IMG/VR virus record: IMGVR_UViG_3300042882_001046
Coordinates: 1 to 64,000 of that record
Origin: a virus
Reading direction: 5' to 3' (one strand)
Length of the DNA stretch: 64,000 nt
In this document: positions 30,774 to 40,006 of the stretch, one piece after another
Layout: the number at the start of each line of letters is the position of its first letter
How positions within the stretch are numbered: position 1 is the first letter of the stretch
The notes under the pieces: generated by a model
What the model saw: only the letters and a program-made list of their open reading frames with translations
What the model was told of the DNA's origin: nothing
The model's database searches: none
Program-made: the position numbers and the translations under genes

Positions 30774-32298
30774 CTCAATATTTTTTCAGTGTAGGGTATT
30801 AAATACAGAAGACCCAATGATGCTTGGTAGAATCAGGGGTGTTCGACTTATTGACAATTACGATGACATTCTTAAAGGTATTAGTGACCCTCCATGGAAT
30901 GAGGAGAAAGACATTTGGACATCTAGAGACCCATTTGTTTTTAACACATTACTCCCATATTTTGTATACTCAGTTCCAAAAGTTGACGAGTTAGTACAGG
31001 TTATTTATGTAAACAAAGATTTTCAATACCAAAATCAGTACTACGTACAAAATACTTTTTCTAGTCCCACCGCAACCTTTAAAGAATTTTATTTCGGAGG
31101 AAATAAATTTACAGGTACGGGTATGCAAATTAAAAACCCAAAACCATTAAAAAATCAAGACGGTACTTTAACAGACCAATCTGTACATAAAGGTGTGTTT
31201 CCTCAACCTGGGGATAACGCTCTTATGGGTAGAGGTAGTGCTGATGTTGTGGTTAAACAAGATGAAATTTTAATTAGAGCTGGAAAATTCAAAGGAGCAC
31301 AACTTCAACCAAACGTAATTCCTGTCGCCAATCAACAAAGAGGATTTCTTCAGTTATCAAAATTTCAAAGTGTATTACAAAATTTAGAACCTAAAGTTTA
31401 CTACGAATTGAGGGATGATGTTTTGATGACAAAATATCTTATCGAATGGGTTATTGTTAATCCTGAAAACGCTCAAGATAAATTTACTGGTTCTGTGTAT
31501 TTGTACCAACTAAAACCTGACGTAACAGTAAACTCAAAAAACATTACAGTTGATAGTGTTGTTGCGGATAATTTAAAAAAATTAGTTGCAACCGAAACAT
31601 TTACGTCACTATCAAAACAAGACGTTATAAGATTTATTAATAATTTTATAAAAACGTGTAACTCTAAAAATGTTACCGAAAGTGGAATTAAATTATTTGA
31701 TGACAATAACGCGTCATCTAAATTTCCAATGTATTACAGACCAAGTACGTTGATGTATTCTAAATTAAGTCCATCAACTAATATGGGTTCTTCCGCAACC
31801 GCAATAGAAGTAAAAAACATTAGTGAAATTTATAAAGGAATTAAATTAAACCCAGCACTTAAAGGAGGGTTTGGATTAATTTATTCCAAAGGTAAAGTTG
31901 GTATTCCAAGGACCCCAATTAAAAAAGTTGCCAAACAACAAAAATATGTAAATCAAGAGTCTTCATATGGTGCATTAGGAAGTGACATATTATTTTTAGT
32001 TTCTCATAATTCACAAATTCCAGGTAAAGGAAAAATTAATTTTGACGATACTTTATATGGAATTTCACCTGAAAAATTTACAAATGAATTTTTACCAAAA
32101 ACATCAAGTATGGTTAGAGGTGAAGAATTAATTGAATTGATTTCACTTATTGTTAGGTTCTTAGTTACACACACTCACGCATATCCTGGATTACCACCAG
32201 TACCTGTTACACAAGATGGGACATCCGCACAAGGCATACTTACAGAACTTCAAAACGCAGCAAATAAGATTCTAAACGGAAATATCCGACTTAATTGA
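30763..32298 (+). CDS. gp5/VgrG-like baseplate hub/spike protein
   Basis: N-terminal OB-fold motif CRVLNTEDPMMLGRIR..VPKVDELVQV; C-terminal THTHAYPG (HxH tip). Confidence 0.7.
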   Translation: MENNSIFFQCRVLNTEDPMMLGRIRGVRLIDNYDDILKGISDPPWNEEKDIWTSRDPFVFNTLLPYFVYSVPKVDELVQVIYVNKDFQYQNQYYVQNTFSSPTATFKEFYFGGNKFTGTGMQIKNPKPLKNQDGTLTDQSVHKGVFPQPGDNALMGRGSADVVVKQDEILIRAGKFKGAQLQPNVIPVANQQRGFLQLSKFQSVLQNLEPKVYYELRDDVLMTKYLIEWVIVNPENAQDKFTGSVYLYQLKPDVTVNSKNITVDSVVADNLKKLVATETFTSLSKQDVIRFINNFIKTCNSKNVTESGIKLFDDNNASSKFPMYYRPSTLMYSKLSPSTNMGSSATAIEVKNISEIYKGIKLNPALKGGFGLIYSKGKVGIPRTPIKKVAKQQKYVNQESSYGALGSDILFLVSHNSQIPGKGKINFDDTLYGISPEKFTNEFLPKTSSMVRGEELIELISLIVRFLVTHTHAYPGLPPVPVTQDGTSAQGILTELQNAANKILNGNIRLN

Positions 32299-32305
32299 TA
32301 TTTAT
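32299..32305 (+). promoter_or_regulatory. TATTTAT motif upstream of 32320
   Basis: GATATTTATTG, 14 nt before ATG. Confidence 0.55.
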
Positions 32306-32319
32306 TGAATAAAAGATAA

Positions 32320-33828
32320 ATGTCGATTTTAAGGTCTTACATAAATAAAAATAACACCATCATTTCTAACTCATATGTTAACACGGGAAGAAACCCTGTT
32401 ATTGAGTTAAATTTTGGTGCTTCGGATTTAATAGTTCCGAATTACGGTTACACAAGATTTATCTTTGATTTGGATTTATCTTTACTGCGCCAGAATATTT
32501 CTTCGGGAGTTATTTCTACAGGTTGCACCTCAGCAATGACTCATACATTAAAAATGACTAACACATCTTCGTTTGACAATGAACTATTAAATTCATTTAT
32601 GTCTAACGAAAGAAGAAGAGCAACATCATTTGATTTAATTCTTTTTAGAATTCCACAAATATCAGGAGACACAGGTGGTCCACAATATTGGGACGAAGGA
32701 GTTGGATACGATTATAATGATTTTAACATTGCACAAAACAGTGCAAATGGTGGGGCGTCTCCCTTAACATATGTTGATAGTAGAGCATATTCTACAAGAC
32801 CTTCAAACTGGTATCAAACAACAACAATATCAGGTTGGTCTCAAAACGGTATCTACAACAATAAGAATGAGGGCACTGTAAACTATTCAGGGTTAACAAT
32901 CGTAGCAAGACAACATTTTGAACTTGGTAACGAAGACCTTAATATGGATATGAGTAGTGAAATTAACGGTGTATTGAATGGTTCTATTACAGGTGTAACA
33001 GGATGGGGATTGGCATATCTTCCTCAGATAGAAAACATTACAGGTCTTACCGACAGTTATAGTGTGGCGTTTTTCTCAAGACAAACTCAAACATTCTATC
33101 AACCTTTTTTACTTACAGATTATAATGATTTAATTCAAGATAATAGAAACCAATTTTTAAAGAACCAAGAAAACAAATTGTTTTTATACGTTTATCAGAA
33201 TGGTGATTTAGTTAATTTAGATTCCGACCCATACGTTAGAATTGAAGATAGAAATGGGGATGCTGTTAGTGGTATGTCTTCTTTGAATACTTGTTTAAGG
33301 ACTAAAGGGGTTTACGAAGTTGTTGTTCCTAACGGATTTTCAAATTATCCAACGCCATGTTTATTTTATGATGTTTGGTCAGGTTTAACAATCAATGGAC
33401 AATCTATTCCTAATGTAACAAATCAATTCACATTACAACCATATAGTGCGGGTATTCAAATTGGTTCAATGTCAAAAGAACCTCAAATTTATGGATTTGA
33501 TTTTTACGGTATTTTACAAAACGAAAAAATATTAAACACAGATATTCGTAAAGTTGGTGTAACAATCAAACAGGCATATACAGGTCAACAACTATTATTA
33601 GATGTTTCTGGATTCTATAGAGTGTATGTTATGGAAGGAACAACAGAGGTTCTTGTTCAAGATTGGACTCCAATTAACAGAACACCAAATGAGTATTATT
33701 TTATATTTGACATGAGAGACAAAATTCCAAATCAATATTATGTCGACATTCAAGTGAATACTTCAGGAGAAAAAGATACTTATAAAAGACAATTAACATT
33801 TTCAATTGTAAATACGAAACAATCATGA
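32320..33828 (+). CDS. Hypothetical virion structural protein
   Basis: 502 aa, beta-rich composition, late motif upstream. Confidence 0.7.
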   Translation: MSILRSYINKNNTIISNSYVNTGRNPVIELNFGASDLIVPNYGYTRFIFDLDLSLLRQNISSGVISTGCTSAMTHTLKMTNTSSFDNELLNSFMSNERRRATSFDLILFRIPQISGDTGGPQYWDEGVGYDYNDFNIAQNSANGGASPLTYVDSRAYSTRPSNWYQTTTISGWSQNGIYNNKNEGTVNYSGLTIVARQHFELGNEDLNMDMSSEINGVLNGSITGVTGWGLAYLPQIENITGLTDSYSVAFFSRQTQTFYQPFLLTDYNDLIQDNRNQFLKNQENKLFLYVYQNGDLVNLDSDPYVRIEDRNGDAVSGMSSLNTCLRTKGVYEVVVPNGFSNYPTPCLFYDVWSGLTINGQSIPNVTNQFTLQPYSAGIQIGSMSKEPQIYGFDFYGILQNEKILNTDIRKVGVTIKQAYTGQQLLLDVSGFYRVYVMEGTTEVLVQDWTPINRTPNEYYFIFDMRDKIPNQYYVDIQVNTSGEKDTYKRQLTFSIVNTKQS

Positions 33829-34295
33829 GCAGAATAGTAAAGTTAACAGAAAAAGATATAACTAAGTTAGTTAATAAAGTTTTGAAGGAACAAGAACAAG
33901 AAACTGAAAACTATATGTTTTTTAGTAATCTAAAACAAATGGCAAGACAATGTCAAATGTTATTAGATATGGACCCACAAATGCTTGATGAAATCATTAA
34001 GGATGGTCACGATTGGGCGGATGACCACGTAACAGAAGCCAAAACGAATATGGACCAAGTTTTTGACTTTTTTATGAATGAAAAAAATAAAAGAGAACAA
34101 TATGTTGATTACGAAGACATTAGTGAAGGAAGAAAAAAAACTGGTACCAAACTTTGTTCAAGAGGAAAAGCAGCCGCGAAATCAAAATTCAAGGTTTATC
34201 CATCCGCTTATGCTAATGGATACGCAGTCCAAGTTTGTAAAGGTAAAATGCCAGGTTTAGACGGTAAGAAACATTGTTCAGGCACCTATTGTTAA
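33825..34295 (+). CDS. Hypothetical protein with basic Cys-containing C-terminal domain
   Basis: KLTEKDITKLVNKVLKEQ N-terminus; KLCSRGKAAAKSKFKVYPSAYANGYAVQVCKGK C-terminus. Confidence 0.75.
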   Translation: MSRIVKLTEKDITKLVNKVLKEQEQETENYMFFSNLKQMARQCQMLLDMDPQMLDEIIKDGHDWADDHVTEAKTNMDQVFDFFMNEKNKREQYVDYEDISEGRKKTGTKLCSRGKAAAKSKFKVYPSAYANGYAVQVCKGKMPGLDGKKHCSGTYC

Positions 34296-34311
34296 TCCAA
34301 AATTTTTGCCT

Positions 34312-34319
34312 TAAATTTG
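34312..34319 (+). promoter_or_regulatory. Bacteroidetes-type -7 promoter element TAAATTTG
   Basis: Matches TAnnTTTG; 4 nt before ATG 34324. Confidence 0.6.
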
Positions 34320-34323
34320 CCAT

Positions 34324-34743
34324 ATGGAAAAGAAAGACAAGAGGACATTGGGGTATTTTACAAAAATACTATATAAATTCTATTTAAAACTTAAAGATAA
34401 ATTTGACCCTTCACCAAAAATTACGGACGAAGAAAGATATTGTGTTCAAATTTGTATGAAGTTGTTGGATAATTATCTATCCAAATTGACATTTGCTCCT
34501 GTGTCCGAAAGTAGATATATTGTTAATGAAGACAAACAAATGTTTGTTGTAATTAACAACCACACAATCAACATTACAAATCATGTATATTCATACACCA
34601 TTTATATTCAAGACCATTCATCGTATTCAAGACTAACTAAAAAATTTGATTCAATTCTTGAAGAGGAAAGACAAAATATTCAAGATGAAATAAGACGTAA
34701 CATTAAACATTCGTTACAAACTATTTTGGACGGACTTGATTAA
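34324..34743 (+). CDS. Hypothetical protein
   Basis: 139-aa ORF. Confidence 0.7.
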   Translation: MEKKDKRTLGYFTKILYKFYLKLKDKFDPSPKITDEERYCVQICMKLLDNYLSKLTFAPVSESRYIVNEDKQMFVVINNHTINITNHVYSYTIYIQDHSSYSRLTKKFDSILEEERQNIQDEIRRNIKHSLQTILDGLD

Positions 34744-35413
34744 TATGTTCTCTTAATACCTTACGTATCGTATTTGTTATTGATTCATTTTTAGGTTTGT
34801 ACGATACCATTTTTGGTTTGTTGCCAGTACCCACTTTTGAGTGGGTTTTTTCTGCCTTTCTTTTTTGAGCACAAGCCGCTCTTTTCTGACTATCAGACAT
34901 TTTTGATGCAACTCCCGCGGCTCTACATTTAGGATATCCTTTATCTGTTGCATTTGGTCTACCACACGGAGGATGACCACCACCTTCTTTTTTTCTACAA
35001 ATATTTACCCACGGACCTTTTGGTTGTTTTGAACCTTTAGGTTTTTTCTTAGTGCCAAACCAAACCGCCAAGTCTTCTTTTAAAAGAGATTCTTTTAAGG
35101 GCTCCCCACTTATTGTTGGGTTAATCGCAGAACCTTCTTCATCGTTCTGCCCTGTATAGAATTGTTTTAAATAATCGTCAACTTTACTAATCTTTTTGGT
35201 TCTTTTTTCAATTCTTTCTCTTTCTTCAGGAGATTCAAGATAATCTCCGTCGGCTTCTTGATATGCTAACTGAGCGTTTGTGTATTTGTAAACAGGGTTT
35301 ATAAAAGGACCCAATTCTTCCTCAGTCCAATCTTGTGGAGCTAAAATGATTGGAACTTTAAATTTTCCAGAACTACCTGAACTAGTTGCCTCTTTTAGTG
35401 TATTTTTTTTCAT
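34721..35413 (-). CDS. Hypothetical protein with basic Cys-containing domain
   Basis: EDLAVWFG..WVNIC..PPCGR..YPKCR; ATAAATA at 35427-35433 upstream. Confidence 0.75.
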   Translation of the reverse strand: MKKNTLKEATSSGSSGKFKVPIILAPQDWTEEELGPFINPVYKYTNAQLAYQEADGDYLESPEERERIEKRTKKISKVDDYLKQFYTGQNDEEGSAINPTISGEPLKESLLKEDLAVWFGTKKKPKGSKQPKGPWVNICRKKEGGGHPPCGRPNATDKGYPKCRAAGVASKMSDSQKRAACAQKRKAEKTHSKVGTGNKPKMVSYKPKNESITNTIRKVLREHINQVRPK

Positions 35414-35451
35414 ATTATTTACTATAATAAATATACAAACAGATTAGAATT

Positions 35452-35685
35452 ATGACAGAGAAACAACCAATAGGATTACTTTTTGATAGTGTTGCTTATT
35501 ACACGCCAAATGATGTGAATAGATTATGTGATGATATGAACTTAGAACAGGCTTATTACATGATGATTAAAGCGTTAGAATTTGCACACAACGCAAGAAT
35601 TTTTACACTACAAGAATCAGAATTAGTTTCTAAATCTTTGAGAGTAATGAACACCCATTTTACAGAACAACCAAATGAAGAATAA
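35452..35685 (+). CDS. Hypothetical protein
   Basis: 77-aa ORF followed by a hairpin. Confidence 0.65.
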   Translation: MTEKQPIGLLFDSVAYYTPNDVNRLCDDMNLEQAYYMMIKALEFAHNARIFTLQESELVSKSLRVMNTHFTEQPNEE

Positions 35686-35711
35686 AAAAGAGGTCTCACG
35701 GGACCTCTTTT
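35686..35711. terminator. Bidirectional intrinsic terminator
   Basis: AAAAGAGGTC-tcacgg-GACCTCTTTT between convergent genes. Confidence 0.85.
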
Positions 35712-35714
35712 ATT

Positions 35715-36485
35715 TTATAATTTGTTTCCACAAGAAGGACAAAACTTAAAATTTCTTTTAATTTTTGTACCACACTCGGTACAATACTGTCTTATTTCTT
35801 CAACATTAATATTCTTAGTACCCAACGGAAGTATTTTAAATTTAACCGTATGAGAGGTGTGGTAGTTAAACTGCTCATAAGAATTAGTAAAGTTTTGGTT
35901 TGACTTTTCTCCCTTTTCAATTCTTCCAGTCTCAATTGATTTTTTTGATTTTAAAGACCTTATGTTTGGTCCTGTAGGTGTTGATGTTGAAGAATAAAAT
36001 GAGGTTGATGTGGAGCCAACAATATTACTATTACTTGTGGTAAATGTCATGTTACCGTAATAAGGTGACCCTGTATTAATAGTTGTCCAACCAGTACCCC
36101 AATTTCCACCTGAAAGGTGAGGGTAAACCCTAACTTCTTGTTCATCATAGAACTCAACCAATACATCCCCATTTAAGTCAATTGCAGACCTATTCTCGGA
36201 CGTATCTTTTACTTTGTAGGTAGAGAACTCAAACTTGTTATTTGTGTCAAGGAAACGTTCTAAAAACACTCTCTGACCAGGTCTTAATACAACACCTGAG
36301 GTTGAGATGTAATTTCCGTTTAACTTAATCTTACAGAGAACAGATTTGTGAGTTGGGTTATGAAGTTCAAATTCAAAATTGTCTTTATCAGTTAGAAAGA
36401 CATTGTGGCCGTTGTAGACCTTAAGACGTGACTTTTTCTTTGTGATGTGCGCAGTCGGTTTGCCCACTTGTGTTGTGTAATACAT
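35715..36485 (-). CDS. Hypothetical protein with C-terminal zinc ribbon
   Basis: CTECG..FCPSCG; likely ATG at 36485 (track start 36503). Confidence 0.75.
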   Translation of the reverse strand: MYYTTQVGKPTAHITKKKSRLKVYNGHNVFLTDKDNFEFELHNPTHKSVLCKIKLNGNYISTSGVVLRPGQRVFLERFLDTNNKFEFSTYKVKDTSENRSAIDLNGDVLVEFYDEQEVRVYPHLSGGNWGTGWTTINTGSPYYGNMTFTTSNSNIVGSTSTSFYSSTSTPTGPNIRSLKSKKSIETGRIEKGEKSNQNFTNSYEQFNYHTSHTVKFKILPLGTKNINVEEIRQYCTECGTKIKRNFKFCPSCGNKL

Positions 36486-36606
36486 TTGTTTTAGTTTTAA
36501 CAATAGTTTTATGACTATGTTACCAATACCTTTGTATCCGTGAATACTCTACAGTCGTTAAAACTGGGGACTGATAAACTTAAATCTATTTATAATTATA
36601 ATTTAA

Positions 36607-36639
36607 TTTGGAAAATTGAAAATAATTTCCTTATCTTTG
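36607..36639 (+). promoter_or_regulatory. Bacteroidetes sigma-A-type promoter (TTTG -33, TATCTTTG -7)
   Basis: TTTG 36607-36610, 21-nt spacer, TATCTTTG 36632-36639, then 4 nt to ATG 36644. Confidence 0.75.
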
Positions 36640-36643
36640 TTCT

Positions 36644-36994
36644 ATGAAAAAAATATTATTTGTTTTTTTGTTATTAATTTCATCAGTTTCTTTTGGACAA
36701 AAGAAAACTGAGGGTAGTCCTTTGGTTAAATACCTTTCAGAAAAAATTAATCAAGACATAACTTTTGTTGTGTGGGAAGAAAAAATGGACTCATTTAGAG
36801 TCCATGAAATAACTTATTATGACTTTAAAAAAGAAAATTACATTACTTTAGGCGAATCAGAAATAAAATTAATGTATCCTGAATTATTAAATTGGTTTAC
36901 AATTAAAAAAAATCTTCCACGACGTAGAACCAACAGGGCAAACATTAATAACCTTAATACTATCAAGACCGTCGACTTTGGGAATCGGCCCTAA
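36644..36994 (+). CDS. Secreted hypothetical protein
   Basis: Signal peptide MKKILFVFLLLISSVSFG followed by Q (Bacteroidetes-like). Confidence 0.7.
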   Translation: MKKILFVFLLLISSVSFGQKKTEGSPLVKYLSEKINQDITFVVWEEKMDSFRVHEITYYDFKKENYITLGESEIKLMYPELLNWFTIKKNLPRRRTNRANINNLNTIKTVDFGNRP

Positions 36995-38113
36995 GTTTTT
37001 AACAATATTACCGCCAATTTCGGATGTCACAATTCCCCAAGGAAAATCTGGTCCCAATTTTTTAAAAAGTTTACCTTTTCGACCGTCATCATCAAACTCA
37101 CTAAACGCTTTCATATAATTTTCATTACCTAAAGGTGGAAATCTAAAAGTATTTTTGAAACTATCCTCTAGTTTCCAATCTTTCATTGCTGGTAATGCTG
37201 CGGACAATCTTGGGTCATCCATACTTATTCTTTCATAAGTTGTGTCCCCGTATTGAGATGGTAATGGTCCTCCTCCATATTTTGCCATTAATGCGGTTCC
37301 TAAAAATATTCTATACTCATCTGAAGAATCTCCTCTAAACATGGCGTCTCCATATGTTTTTCCATTATACTCAAAGTATATTATGTCAGGTTGATAATAA
37401 GTTTCATATGAAATGAAAACATTACCCTCACCAGCACCTAATGTCTTATCATAAATTTTCGTATAATCATTTTTAGGTAGTAGGTATCCCCCTCCAGCAT
37501 TTAACGGAGTCGTATTACAGAGTAATTTTGTTTTTGTACTTGTTGTAGTTTTAGTACCCTGTCCAACTATATCAAAATCTACAAATTGTTCTTTAGAATA
37601 CGCTTCAGCATATTTTTGTTTAAATTCTTCTGATTTGGCTCTATTATATGGCGTTTGACCAATCTTAACTTCTTTTACGTCCTTAGGGGCATTAATAACT
37701 AATGTCCCACTTTTAATCAAATCAGGGAATAACTCCTCAAAATAATTTTTTATACTGTTAGCTCTAGCTAAAGCTAAACTACCTTTTTCTTCAAAACCTT
37801 TTGGGTTTGTTACTAGTGATTCTCCCGCACTAATATTAACTGTAAATTTTGAAGAATCTGAATCTTTAATAAAATTTTCAATTTGAGGCTTTAAGTCGGA
37901 TAATGATTTTTTTACAGCGTCTGATTCATATTTACCAAACCCAAACTTATCACCTAATTTTGTTGTTGGGAAATTTTTATTTTCAGTTTTAGTTTCGGTA
38001 CCAACAACAACAGATGTTTGTTCTGACAAATATAAATTTTTTGTTGCAGACTCGTGTAAATTAAGAATTCTTAATCTTTCACTTTCAACTATATTCCAAT
38101 TTTGTTTAATCAT
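36887..38113 (-). CDS. Hypothetical late protein with OmpA-C-like segment
   Basis: Likely start MIKQNW at 38113; VNISAGES..LALARANSIKNYF. Confidence 0.7.
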   Translation of the reverse strand: MIKQNWNIVESERLRILNLHESATKNLYLSEQTSVVVGTETKTENKNFPTTKLGDKFGFGKYESDAVKKSLSDLKPQIENFIKDSDSSKFTVNISAGESLVTNPKGFEEKGSLALARANSIKNYFEELFPDLIKSGTLVINAPKDVKEVKIGQTPYNRAKSEEFKQKYAEAYSKEQFVDFDIVGQGTKTTTSTKTKLLCNTTPLNAGGGYLLPKNDYTKIYDKTLGAGEGNVFISYETYYQPDIIYFEYNGKTYGDAMFRGDSSDEYRIFLGTALMAKYGGGPLPSQYGDTTYERISMDDPRLSAALPAMKDWKLEDSFKNTFRFPPLGNENYMKAFSEFDDDGRKGKLFKKLGPDFPWGIVTSEIGGNIVKNLGPIPKVDGLDSIKVINVCPVGSTSWKIFFNCKPI

Positions 38114-38117
38114 ATTA

Positions 38118-38124
38118 ATAAATA
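38118..38124 (-). promoter_or_regulatory. TATTTAT motif 4 nt before ATG 38113
   Basis: Minus strand GATATTTATTAAT-ATG. Confidence 0.65.
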
Positions 38125-38135
38125 TCATATAATAA

Positions 38136-38163
38136 AAAAAAGGGTCCCATTGGGACCCTTTTT
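38136..38163 (-). terminator. Intrinsic terminator after the major capsid gene
   Basis: AAAAAGGGTCCCA-t-TGGGACCCTTTTT. Confidence 0.9.
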
Positions 38164-38183
38164 AATATTGGTTAGACCATAGA

Positions 38184-39974
38184 TTATCTCAATTCTCTCA
38201 AGTCAAATGTTCTAACACCATCAACTGTGATTCTTCCGTAGAATCTGTTGTTCACCATTTTCTTAGCGTATCTAGTCATGATACCTTTGATTGGTGTAAA
38301 GTTGAATGGGTTGTACATTGTTGGAGTTAATTGTAGAGGTACGTATGGTGCGTAGATGTAACCTGTGTCAAGTAAAGATGTACCTTTGTGACCCATTAAC
38401 ACTTGGTTAGGTGGGAAGTAAGGGTCTCTATACACTTGGTAACGACCTGCTAATGTACCAACTCTCTCAATACCCATGTTGTATTGGTCTTGCTCAGGAG
38501 CTGCGTTTGATACGTGGAAATATTCCAAGTCATCAAAAATTGCACTGATTTCAGAAGATACAACAATCCAGTTAGCTCCACCTCTCAAGGTAGATTTGTG
38601 GATTTGAGCTGAAATTTGGTTAATCGCTGTGATAAGCGTTTGGTTCCAGTCTTTCTGAGTATAAGGTACTGCAGAAGAACCTAATCTCTTCCAACCGTTG
38701 TAATCCCATCTTAAGTTCCAAGCCGCACCTTTTCTAAGGTCTCTCAAGATTTCTCTATCGATTTCAGCCGCAACTTGCTCAGATAATAAAGCTGTTAATT
38801 CAGCTTCAGCATCGATGTTGTGGAATGCCGCAACGTCTTGTGCCATTTCTGGAGACCATTGTGCTCTTAATTTTCTTTCAGTTACAGAAACTGTTACTGA
38901 CATAAGGTCGAAAGAAACCTCACCGATTCTATCTTCGAATTCTAAGTTCTTATAGATTCTATAAGTTGCTGTGAATGCGTTTGATGTATCAACTGTTGAT
39001 ACGAATGTAGAACCTGTGTAACCGTCTAATGAACCACCACAAGTGATACATACTGGTACCTGTAAATCAACTTCTAAATAGATTTTTCCTTCAGCATCAC
39101 ATAAGTTGTCATATTGACCACCATCAGTTTTACTGTTAGGGAATACTAACGTAGCGTTGTTGTTACCGTACTGTACAATACCTTTACCATATCTTTGAGT
39201 TACAACTCTGAATAAATAAGGGTTAGTTGTGTTAGCAGAAGTTGTTGTGTTTCCAGAAACACCATAGATTGTCAAATCAGATAAGAAAGCTTCGTTATCC
39301 ATTGGTTGACCATCAGGACCGATTAATTTACCTGCTCCATCAGATGCGAAACCTGACATAACTACTAATACTTTTCTGTAATCAGATTGAGTATAAGCAG
39401 AAGGAACTAAATTATCAGCTAACCAAGCAACTGTAGTTACAGGAGCTGTGATTGCAGAAAACTGTCCTTTTGAATAGTCGAATAAACCTGGTGGGTCTAA
39501 CGCTGGTTCGTTACCTTCATAGAATCTATCGTAAAGGTCTTTTGTGTTGTTATAGTCATAACCTGAGTTTGGAGTTTGGTTAGCAGCTGCGTTTGGTGAA
39601 CCGTAAGGTGCCCAGTGCTGATTTTGTGCATTCTCATAAGACTGAATGTTAGGTACGAAGTAGAATAATTTACCGATTGGTAAGTTCATAGCTTGTACTG
39701 AAACGATATCGTTTGCTAATAATTTAGAGAAAACTCTTCTAACGATAGGGAAAACAACTGTTTCAAATGCACCTGTATCAGATGTAGATGATGCTTCGTT
39801 AATTAAGTGTGAAGCTTGGTTTTCGTAAAGTTGAGCTACGTTCTCTCTCATGTGACCTTTAAGACCCTCTAAGAATCCTAATTTGTCCCATTTGTTGATT
39901 GTATCTTCTTTGATAACTTTAAGGTGCTTAAGACCGATGTTACCAACAAGACCTGATTCTAATAATGCTCCCAT
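38184..39974 (-). CDS. gp23: Major capsid protein (T4 gp23-like)
   Basis: FPIVRRVF, VSVQAMNLPIGKLFY, RKLRAQWSPEMAQD..HNIDAEAEL and YAPYVPL. Confidence 0.96.
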   Translation of the reverse strand: MGALLESGLVGNIGLKHLKVIKEDTINKWDKLGFLEGLKGHMRENVAQLYENQASHLINEASSTSDTGAFETVVFPIVRRVFSKLLANDIVSVQAMNLPIGKLFYFVPNIQSYENAQNQHWAPYGSPNAAANQTPNSGYDYNNTKDLYDRFYEGNEPALDPPGLFDYSKGQFSAITAPVTTVAWLADNLVPSAYTQSDYRKVLVVMSGFASDGAGKLIGPDGQPMDNEAFLSDLTIYGVSGNTTTSANTTNPYLFRVVTQRYGKGIVQYGNNNATLVFPNSKTDGGQYDNLCDAEGKIYLEVDLQVPVCITCGGSLDGYTGSTFVSTVDTSNAFTATYRIYKNLEFEDRIGEVSFDLMSVTVSVTERKLRAQWSPEMAQDVAAFHNIDAEAELTALLSEQVAAEIDREILRDLRKGAAWNLRWDYNGWKRLGSSAVPYTQKDWNQTLITAINQISAQIHKSTLRGGANWIVVSSEISAIFDDLEYFHVSNAAPEQDQYNMGIERVGTLAGRYQVYRDPYFPPNQVLMGHKGTSLLDTGYIYAPYVPLQLTPTMYNPFNFTPIKGIMTRYAKKMVNNRFYGRITVDGVRTFDLRELR

Positions 39975-40006
39975 TTTAGTATTTGTTTGTTTTAATTTAT
40001 TTTTTA

